From contig NZ_CP006932.1 in NCBI RefSeq assembly GCF_000582535.1, forward strand, positions 390,001-422,000: a stretch of 32,000 bases of DNA, written 5' to 3'. Shown here in pieces: positions 23,012 through 32,000 of the stretch. The notes under the pieces were generated by a model. The model was given only the letters and a program-made list of their open reading frames with translations. It ran no database searches and was not told the origin of the DNA. The DNA is from Candidatus Saccharimonadota bacterium. GTDB lineage: Bacteria > Bacillota_I > Bacilli_A > Mycoplasmatales > Hepatoplasmataceae. Both the position numbers and the translations under genes were made by a program. Numbering within the stretch: position 1 is the first letter of the stretch; each line of letters begins with the position of its first letter.

Positions 23012-24253
23012 TTAACTTTTAATTAACTTTAAAAATTCTACAATTTTTAAAATATCTGTTTTTTTGCTTTGATATCTTCGATAAGATATTTTATCGTTTT
23101 TTACTTCTTCATCACCAATTATAATTTGATATTTGTATTTTTGTGTTTGATATAATCTAACTTTATGTCCTAATCTTTCATTTGAAAAATCAAGTTTTAC
23201 TCTTATTTTATTATCTAATAAAAATTGATAGATTTTTTTTGCATATTCTAAATGATATTTATTATTAATTGGTAATATTACAACTTGATTTGGTGCTAAT
23301 CAAAAAGGAAGATTTCCTTTTGTTTGTTCTAATAAAACAGCAATAAATCTTTCATAAGTACCAATTAATCCACGATGAATCATAATTGGTCTAATTTTAT
23401 TTAAATCTTTATCAAAATATTCTAATTCAAATCTTTCTGGTAAGAAAAAATCCAATTGAATTGTAGAAACTGTAATGATATGACCTAATAATGTTTTTAT
23501 TTGAACATCGATTTTTGGACCATAAAAAGCTGCTTCTCCGATTTTTTCAATAAATTTAATCTTGTTTTTTTGTAAAAAATTTCTTAATATAGATTCAGAT
23601 TGATCTCATTTTTTACTATCACCATGATATTTTTTTAGATCTTTTTTATCTCTTAATGCAAGTTCGATATAATCAATTTTAATATTAAATTTTGCTAATG
23701 TTTTTTCTACTAAATTTAAAACAAGTTTAATTTCTGATTCTAATTGATCGTCTCGTAAAAAAATATGAGAATCAGTAAGTTCCATTGCTCTTGTTCTTTC
23801 CAGTCCAAGAAGTGATCCTGAAGGTTCAAAGCGAAATTGATTTACATGTTCTGCAAGTCTTAATGGTAATTCTTTATATGATCTTTTTTTATGCTTATAA
23901 ATCATTATATGATGAGGACAAGCCATTGGTCTTAAAACAAAGCTTTCTTCATCTTTAAATTTCATTTCTGGAAACATATTATTTTTATAAAGTTGATAGT
24001 GACCAGAAGTTTTATATAAATTTAAAAGTCCAACTTCAGGTGTTTCTACATGAATAAAATTATATTTTTCCTCTTGTTCATAAATATAATCATGAATCGC
24101 TTTTTTTAATTTAACACCATTTTCTAATCATATTGGAAATCCTTTTCCAATATTTTCATCAATATAAAAAATTTCTAATTCTTTTGCAATTTTGCGATGA
24201 TCTACTTCAATTTCTTTATTATCATTTAAATTTTGCTTGTGGATTTTTTCCAT
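23012..24253 (-). CDS. thrS: Threonyl-tRNA synthetase, catalytic + anticodon-binding domains only (413 aa; no TGS/editing region)
   Basis: Fragment 23606-23977 extends in frame both ways, with the ATG at 24253 and TAA at 23014-23012. The protein starts [29 protein letters not shown], and DHRKxxKELxxF marks the start of the class II core in full-length ThrRS. Other motifs: [65 protein letters not shown]. Confidence 0.9.
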
Positions 24254-24268
24254 ATAAACTTTCCAAAA

Positions 24269-25045
24269 TTAGTTTTGATCATATGTTAATAATTTAACAA
24301 ATGATTTTACATCAAGTGAAGCACCACCGACTAAAGCTCCATCAATATCTTCTTGTTCCATAAGTTCTTTAATATTTTCCGGTTTTACAGATCCGCCATA
24401 TTGAATTCTTATTTTTGAAGCAATACTTTTATCAAATAATTCAGCAATAATTCCTCGTGCTTTTTTGATTGTATCTTGTGCTTGTTTTGCTGTTGCTGTT
24501 TTTCCTGTTCCGATTGCTCAGATTGGTTCATAAGCTAAAATTACTCTTTCAATCTGTCCTTTTTTAATTCCGGCTAATCCTTCTTTTAATTGTCTTTCAA
24601 TTACAGAAATTGTTTTATTATCTTCAAATTCTTTTAATGATTCACCAAAAGCCATAATCGGAATAATTGAAGAATTTAAGCAAGCTTTAAGTTTTAAATT
24701 AACAGTATGATCTGTTTCATTAAAATATTGACGACGTTCAGAATGTCCTATTATTCCATATCTAATTCCTAATTGTTCAAGCATTGGAAGTGATACTTCA
24801 CCAGTAAATGCTCCTTCTTTTTCATAATGAAAATTTTGTGCAGCAAGATCAAGATCAAGACCTTTTTTTGATCCATGATCATGTGGCATTATAAATGGTA
24901 ATGTAACAAAAGGTGCAGCAATTGCAAAATCACAATTTATTTTTTTATCACTAAGTTCATCTTCTAAATGATGTAAAAAATGATGTCCTTGTTCTGGGCC
25001 ATTATACATTTTTCAATTTCCGACGATTATTTTTTTTCTTTTCAT
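24269..25045 (-). CDS. tpiA: Triosephosphate isomerase
   Basis: Fragment 24518-25009 extends through TGA codons, giving 258 aa. Motifs: N-terminal [38 protein letters not shown]. Confidence 0.94.
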
Positions 25046-25059
25046 ATTATTTTTCTTTC

Positions 25060-26262
25060 TTAATTAATATTATTTATTGCAGCAATTCCTGGTAATTCTT
25101 TTCCTTCTAAAAATTCCATACTTGCTCCACCACCTGTAGAGATATGACTAATTTTCCCTTCGATTCCCATTTTAATTGCCATTGCAGCTGAATCTCCACC
25201 ACCAATAATTGTAATTGCATCTTTTAAATTAATTAATTCATGAGCAATTGCTTTTGAACCTTCTTGATAATTTTTAAATTCAGTAACACCAAAAGGACCA
25301 TTTCAAATTACTGTTTTCGCTCCTTTTAATTCTTTTTTAATTACTTTAATTGTTTTAGGACCAATATCAAGCCCCATTAAATCATCAGGGATATTTTCAT
25401 ATACTTTCCCCTTTACATCTTTATATTCTTTTGTGCAAATTGAATCAGAAGCAATTACTAGTTTATCTTGATATTTTTTCATAAGTTTTTTTGCTAAATC
25501 AACTTTTTCTGGTTCTGCTAATGATTTACCTATTTTTTTACCCATTGCAAGATGAAATGTATAACACATTGCTGTTCCGATAATTACCTTATCTGCTTTC
25601 TTTGCAAGAGCATCAATTACATTTATTTTATCAGAAACCTTAGCTCCTCCCAATAAAGCAATGAAAGGTCTTTTTGGTTCAGAAATAGCATCATGTAAAA
25701 ATTTAATTTCTTTTTCAATTAAAAAACCAATTGCAGATTCTTTAATATATTTTGCAATACCAACATTTGAAGCATGAGCACGATGAGCTGTTCCAAATGC
25801 ATCATTTACAAATAAATCACCAAGTGATGCTCAATATTTTCCTAATTTTTCATCATTTTTGGATTCATAATTTACTAATATATTATTTTTTACATCTTCA
25901 AAACGAGTATTTTCAATCATCATAATTGAACCGTTTTCCATATTATTAATTGCTTCTTCTACTTTTTTTCCACGTGTAGCAGCAACAAAATTAATTGCAT
26001 GTGTAGATGCTTTTGTAAATTCCATTGCAACAGATTTTAATGATTTTGTTTTTTTATCTTCCTCTGTTTTTATTCTTCCAAGATGAGATAAAAGAATAAC
26101 TTTTGCTTCATTTTTAATTAAATATTCAATTGTTGGTAATGCTGCAACAATTCTAGCATTATTTGTTACTTTTCCATTCTCAATTGGAACATTAAAATCA
26201 ACACGAACAAGGACAATTTTACCCTTTAAATCTTTAAGATCATGTAATGTTTTTTTTCTCAT
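25060..26262 (-). CDS. pgk: Phosphoglycerate kinase
   Basis: Fragments 25831-26262 and 25303-25653 plus the tail are in one frame via TGA at 25831 and 25303, giving 400 aa. Motifs: [61 protein letters not shown]. Confidence 0.95.
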
Positions 26263-26330
26263 TATTTTCCTTATTTTTTATTTTATATCTTTAAATTTTA
26301 AAATTAAATAAACAATTTAAAGTTATTATA

Positions 26331-26365
26331 TCAAATAAAAAACAGCATTTATTTAAATGCTGTTT
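26331..26365 (-). terminator. Rho-independent terminator downstream of gap
   Basis: There is a perfect 10-bp stem (26341-26350 aacagcattt pairing with 26355-26364 aaatgctgtt, including 3 G:C pairs) and a 4-nt loop. On the minus strand it is followed by UUUUAUUU (rc of 26333-26340). It starts 11 nt after the gap stop codon. Confidence 0.8.
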
Positions 26366-26375
26366 AAACTTCTAT

Positions 26376-27368
<993 letters not shown>

Positions 27369-27567
27369 TTAAAATTTCTCCTTATTATTTATTTTAAAAT
27401 GTATTTAAAAAAATTTTACAAACTTATTATATAATTTTTAGCATTTAAAAAATAATTATCAAGCGAAGAAATTTTAATTTTACACTTTACATTCTAATTT
27501 ACATTTTTAAATTAAATTAACTAATTTGATAAAATAAAATTAGTGTAAAACACGAAACGGAGAAAAT

Positions 27568-27750
27568 ATGGCACAAATAGCTATAGCTAAAGGAAGAAAT
27601 AGAGATGCTTTAGCAAGAGAAGTATTAGACATTATAAATAGAATTGGCCAAGATAAAATTATTTCAGTAATGTTAGATGAAACAGGTAGACTTGCTAACC
27701 GTGGTGGTTTAATTTCTCAATCAAAAGCATATATCTTTTATAAAGATTAA
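27568..27750 (+). CDS. Small hypothetical protein, 60 aa
   Basis: The ORF is uninterrupted, and GGAG lies 8 nt upstream of the ATG (acggagaaaatATG). A good intrinsic terminator follows. By eye it is noticeably less AT-rich than the neighbouring + strand genes, and its amino-acid composition (R, A, G) is unlike the low-complexity K/N-rich sequence around it. I did not recognise a family. Confidence 0.55.
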   Translation: MAQIAIAKGRNRDALAREVLDIINRIGQDKIISVMLDETGRLANRGGLISQSKAYIFYKD

Positions 27751-27779
27751 AAGAAAAATAAGAATAAAATAATATTTAA

Positions 27780-27811
27780 AAATAGTGATTTTTATAATCG
27801 CTATTTTTTTA
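27780..27811 (+). terminator. Rho-independent terminator after the 60-aa ORF
   Basis: The stem 27782-27790 (atagtgatt) pairs with 27796-27804 (aatcgctat): 9 bp including one G:U. The loop is 5 nt (tttat), followed by TTTTTTT at 27804-27810. Confidence 0.65.
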
Positions 27812-27887
27812 TAATTAATCTTGATTAAACATTATATTAATTTAATATAATTAGTAAATTTTACTATAAAGATTTAAAGGAGAAAAA

Positions 27888-28964
27888 ATGATAAATTTAA
27901 GTTGATCAAATGAATCGCAAAATCAAAATGCAAAAAATATAAAAGATAAAATTTATGAAATTTTAAAAAATGAAGAAATTACAATAAATTTTAATAGTGA
28001 AAGAAAATATAATTATAAACTTCATATTTATTTGCAAGGTTCATATAAAAAAAATATAGATTTAAAAGATAGCGATATAGATATTTTAGTTACTGTTGCA
28101 AGATTACCACATCCAAATGACTTAGAATTTAATGATTTTTTAGAAAATAAAAAATGACAAGAAAATTATAAAGTTGGATTTGCTGATGGAAATTTTGAAA
28201 TATGAGGAAATTCAACTTCATCTTATGAAATTTTGAAAAATTTAGGAAATAGATCTATATATGGAAAAACAATAGAAACCGGAAAACAAGAAGTAACTAA
28301 TATATTAATTAAATTAAAAAATGAAATAAGAAAAATTTTAAAAAAATCAAATGAATTTAATATTATTGAAAATACTGAAAAAAGAAAAAGAAAAGGATTA
28401 AGAATAAAATTAAATAACGAAGAATTTGATATTATTCCATCAATAATATATTTTAATGTTAATAAAGATAATAATTTAAAAGGTATTGGTATTACAATAT
28501 ATGATCAAACAAAAGGAAAAAGAATAACTAACTATCCTACTTATGATTGAGAAAATACAAATTTAAAACATAAAAATACAGATCAAAAATATAAAAAAAT
28601 AATAAGAATAATAAAAGGGTATGTTCGTAATTATAATATTGATATTAAAGGATTTGCAATTGAACAATTTTTATATAATGTTCCTAATAATATTTTTATA
28701 AAAAACTACGAATTAATAGAAACATTGTATGATGTTTTAAGTTGAATTTATACTAATATAAATTTATTAAATGCAAATAATTTTAAATGTACAAATGAAA
28801 TCAAAGAAAAATGTAATGAAGATTATAAAAAAATTGAAATTTCAAAACAAAAATTTAAAAATTTAGTAAATTTAATGATGGAAGATTTTAGAAAATTAAA
28901 ATTTAAAAATATAAGTGATCAAAATATAAATATAATAAAAAATAAATTTAATAGTCTAATTTAA
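27888..28964 (+). CDS. Pol-beta-superfamily nucleotidyltransferase, CD-NTase/SMODS-like (candidate cyclic oligonucleotide synthase), 358 aa
   Basis: AAAGGAG lies 6 nt upstream of the ATG at 27888. Fragment 28233-28550 plus the flanks are in one frame with 5 in-frame TGA codons (hand translated, no TAA/TAG). The motifs are LQGSYKKNIDLKDSDIDILV (G51-S52, D63-x-D65; nt 28038-28082), a third acidic residue in EEFDIIPS (D181, nt 28428-28430), and then ITNYPTYDWENTNLKHKNTDQKYKKIIRIIKGY. That last segment matches the P..h ... iRllK pattern that follows the core in CD-NTases. Confidence 0.6.
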
Positions 28965-29575
28965 TGTTAGAATCAAAATTTATAAATAAATTAACTAAAT
29001 TAATAATTTTTATTAATTTTATTTCAATTATAATTTCAATATTTTCTTTTATATTTAAAAATAATTCTTTATCAGTTTTTGCAATTGCTTTAAGTATATT
29101 TACTATTCTAGCTGATTTATTTTTATATTTTTATATTAAAAAAATAATAATTCATCATAATTTAAAAAAATATGGATTTGAAAAAAACAAAATACATAAA
29201 TTTATTTTAGAAAGTACATATATAAAATCTGAAGATAAAGAGTTATTAGAAAACAAAATTCAAATTAATGGATTTTTTTATTTTTCCTGAAAAAAGAAAA
29301 ACTTACAAATTAATTTATTTTTTTTTAATGAAAAAAATAATAAAATTTCAAAATCAACAAATATTCAATTACTTGAAAGAAATACATACGATTTTAGAGA
29401 AAAAAATAAAAAATTAATTATTTATGAATATAAAAATAACGGAAAAGGAAATAACGGATATGATCATCTAGGAATAGCTTATTTTAATTTAAATAAAAAA
29501 GAAATAAGTTATTATAATAAATATCCAAAATTAAGCAAAGGAATCATATATTTTAATAAAGATAATTTAAATTAA
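28964..29575 (+). CDS. 2-TM membrane protein with beta-strand-rich C-terminal domain (candidate S-2TMbeta-type CBASS effector), 203 aa
   Basis: Its ATG overlaps the NTase stop codon (TAATG at 28962-28966). The predicted TM helices are LTKLIIFINFISIIISIFSFIF and LSVFAIALSIFTILADLFLYFYI. The C-terminal roughly 145 aa has repeated alternating hydrophobic beta-like segments (IQINGFFYFSW, LQINLFFF, KLIIYEYK, LGIAYFNL, GIIYFNK). One in-frame TGA is present. Confidence 0.5.
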
Positions 29576-29621
29576 TAAGTTTATAATTTTATTTCTTTTA
29601 TAATTTTATTAATTTTTAAAT

Positions 29622-30827
29622 ATGGAATCATTAGGAAATGTATTACTTGATACAAGTGGGGAAATTCTTTATTTTATTTTTGGATGATTATTTTTAGCAA
29701 TCATAGTTTTTCAATTTTTGAATTACTTTTTCGAAGATAAATGAGAAATAATGATCCAAGAAAAAAATAAAAGCGATGTCTTAATTGGAGGTATATTTGG
29801 ATTTATCCCCGGTTGTGGAGGAACAATTTTTTTAATCAATCTTTTTAAAGAAGAAAAGATTGGATTAGGAACTTTAATTGCAGCTTTTATTACAACAATT
29901 GGTGAAGTATCATTTATATTAATTGTAATTGATCCTTTACTTTTAATTTATATTTCAATCATAAGTTATATTTCTGCAATTATTGTAGGTTATTTTGTTA
30001 AATATTTAAAAATTCAAGAAAAATATAGTCTTTATGCAACAGCAGAAACAAAAAAGAAAAAATTACATAATCATCAAAAAGAATCAAAAAAAGCATTAGA
30101 AATATTTGGTTTTTCTGATCATTTTATAATTCCAATATTTTTTACAATTTTATTTTTGTTTGTATTTCCTTTTACAATAATTGCTTCATTTATTCCTGAA
30201 GGTCCAGAAAATTTTCCTAATTACTTATCAGCTATTCAATGAACTTCGATTGTTATATTACCTTTAATTGTAATTTACTATCTTATAAGAACATATTTTA
30301 TAAGAAGTGAACATGATGAAGATCATTCCCATGAAAATATCCACGATAAAGGAAAAGAAGGAATTAAACATCAGATAAATCATATTTCTTATAATTTAAT
30401 TTTAATATTATCTTGAGTATCAATTACTTTATTAATTATCAATTTAATAGTATATGCGATTGTTTATTATTCAAATCTTTATCAAAATATTAATGATCTT
30501 CAAGATAATGTTGATCAATTTAAAAATGATTGATGATATTTAATTTTGCTTGTAATAATTGGAGCTTTAATTGGTCTTATTCCAACATGTGGTCCACAAA
30601 TTGCTTTTACTCTTTTAATGATTGGTGAAATTGGCGGAAGTGAAGCAATTGCATTTGGGGGAATAAGTGCACTTATTGCAAATTCAATTTCACAAGATGG
30701 ACATGCCGGAATTGTTTATTTTACATTTGATAAAAAAGGATATGGAATTGTAAAATTAATTGAAATTATAAGTGCAGTAATTTTTGGATTAATCTTTATT
30801 CCATTAGATAAATATACTAATTTATAA
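29622..30827 (+). CDS. Polytopic membrane protein with internal two-fold repeat and His-rich loop; putative metal-ion transporter (resembles the putative 10TM heavy-metal exporter / ArsP_2-type family)
   Basis: Fragments 29751-30242 and 30546-30827 plus the flanks are in one frame, giving 401 aa. The repeated motif is GGIFGFIPGCGGTIF in the N-half and GALIGLIPTCGPQIAF in the C-half. The central loop is SEHDEDHSHENIHDKGKEGIKHQINH. No clear Shine-Dalgarno is present, so the start is uncertain. Confidence 0.5.
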
Positions 30828-31487
30828 TTAATTTAATGTTTCTTTTAATTCTAAATTAGTATTTAAATCAATATTTTTTATTTTAAATTGACTATTATAA
30901 TGTCCGGGATAAATAACATAATTATTTTTTTTACATAAATCATAAAGAAATCTTATTGATTCAAAAAATCTATCAAGATCAGTACCAATTTCTTTTCTAT
31001 GCATTCCAATACTTTTTAAAAAGATTGTATCACCAATAAAAATATCTTTTTTATTAAAAAGATAAAATGTAGATCCTTTTGTATGTCCTCCAAAAGGAAT
31101 TATTTTAATATCAATTCCTAATAGTTTTAATTCTTGTTCTTCATTTCCCAAAAAAGTAATAATATTTTTTTGTTTTTTGTCTAATTGTCAATTTAAATTA
31201 GATAATGCTGATCTATTTATATTTGCATCAAAAAGACCTTCTTGGTCTTTTTGATTAATATAAATTACTGGATTAAATTTTTCAATAATTTTTTCTAATC
31301 CCATAAGATGATCTAAATGATTATGAGTTAATAATACATATTTTATTTTAATATTATTATTTATACAATAATTAATTATTTTATCTTCTGATGTAGCGGT
31401 ATCAATCAAGATTGCTTCTTTATTATCTTTGATATATAGATATGAGTTTGTAAAATTAAAGTTTTTGTTTTGAAATTTTTTGATCAT
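30828..31487 (-). CDS. Metallo-beta-lactamase-fold hydrolase (glyoxalase II-like), 219 aa
   Basis: Fragments 31188-31487 and 30828-31151 are in frame via TGA at 31188-31190. Motifs: LLTHNHLDHLMG (HxHxDH), FGGHTKGS, IGDTIF, YPGH. Its stop codon abuts the stop of the convergent transporter gene with a 0-nt spacer. Confidence 0.8.
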
Positions 31488-31589
31488 AATTTTTTTCTTT
31501 ATATTATTTAAAAAATAAATACAATAACATTATAAGAAAAAACAATTTTTTATTCTAATATATAAATATAATAAAAACAATGAAAAATT

Positions 31590-32000
31590 ATGAACGAAAA
31601 ATACGAAATTTTAACTATAAAATTTGGAAATTTTTTAACACTTTGTTTTACTGTTTCTTTCAAAAAATTAAAAGATAATACTTATGTTTTAAAAAACGAA
31701 AAAATGAATTATGAGTATTATTCAGAAGAAAAAGATGAAAACATAGCAAAAAAAGATTTTGCAGAAGCGATTTTAACATTTTTAGTATCTGGTATAAAAG
31801 AAAGAAAAATTTTTAAATGATTAGAAAATTGAGGATTTAAACAAAAAATAAATGACAAAGAAGCATTTAATTCAGCTTGAAAAGATATAAAAGAAAAAAT
31901 GAATGAACAAAAAAGTAATTTTAAAAAATATAATAATTTTTCTGTAAATAATGAAGGATTACTTTCTAAAGATAGTTTAAATAATTTACAAAATAATCAA
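31590..32000 (+). CDS. Hypothetical protein, 3' end outside the window
   Basis: ORF 31590-31820 continues through 3 TGA codons (KIFKWLENWGFKQ...SAWKD) to the window edge without TAA/TAG. No motif was recognised, the composition is K/N/E-rich, and the start codon choice is uncertain. Confidence 0.4.

Noticed and set aside
27478-27550. Three TTTACA hexamers (27479-27484, 27486-27491, 27498-27503) and an 8-nt inverted repeat TTTTACAC / GTGTAAAA (27478-27485 and 27543-27550) upstream of the 60-aa ORF; possible promoter or operator
   Set aside because: No convincing -10 box sits at the correct spacing from any of the -35-like hexamers. Short A/T-rich repeats are expected by chance here, so I could not support a regulatory call.
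27821-27851. TTGATT (27821-27826) ... TATAAT (27846-27851) as a promoter for the NTase gene
   Set aside because: The spacer is 19 nt (the optimum is 17 +/- 1), and TATAAT-like hexamers are abundant in this composition. It is plausible but not strong enough to list as a feature.
27568-29575. Treating the 60-aa ORF as a third component of the CBASS-like module
   Set aside because: A good intrinsic terminator (27780-27811) separates it from the NTase gene, and its composition differs markedly. Linkage is not supported by sequence alone, so it is kept as a separate low-confidence observation.

Overview
This is a very AT-rich, tightly packed chromosomal segment that only reads coherently under genetic code 4 (TGA = Trp), so it comes from a Mollicutes (Mycoplasma-like) genome. 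The supplied standard-code ORF track is therefore heavily fragmented. Reading through in-frame TGA codons (I hand-translated most gaps and saw no TAA/TAG) collapses the fragments into 27 genes.

Layout:
- 1-9469: a minus-strand pyruvate-to-acetate block (ackA, pta, pdhC, pdhD, a fused E1 alpha/beta gene, start of lplA), with thiamine pyrophosphokinase and NADH oxidase beside it.
- 9558-14094: lepA, flanked by two nuclease genes (a GmrSD-like DUF262/DUF1524 gene and a free-standing GIY-YIG gene).
- 14218-21981: a phosphate ABC transporter locus. PstB carries a long coiled-coil N-extension, PstC and PstA are fused, and two diverged paralogous membrane-anchored PstS-like genes bracket nrnA.
- 22065-27365: fmt, an N-terminally minimal thrS, tpiA, pgk and gap.
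- 27568-32000: after a strand switch, an even more AT-rich accessory stretch.

The most interesting candidate lies in that last stretch: a translationally coupled pair made of a Pol-beta/CD-NTase-like nucleotidyltransferase and a 2-TM beta-rich protein (27888-29575). It looks like a minimal CBASS-type cyclic-nucleotide abortive-infection system written in Mycoplasma code. No rRNA, tRNA, CRISPR array or IS element was recognised. All functional calls rest on motif recognition by eye; no database search was possible.
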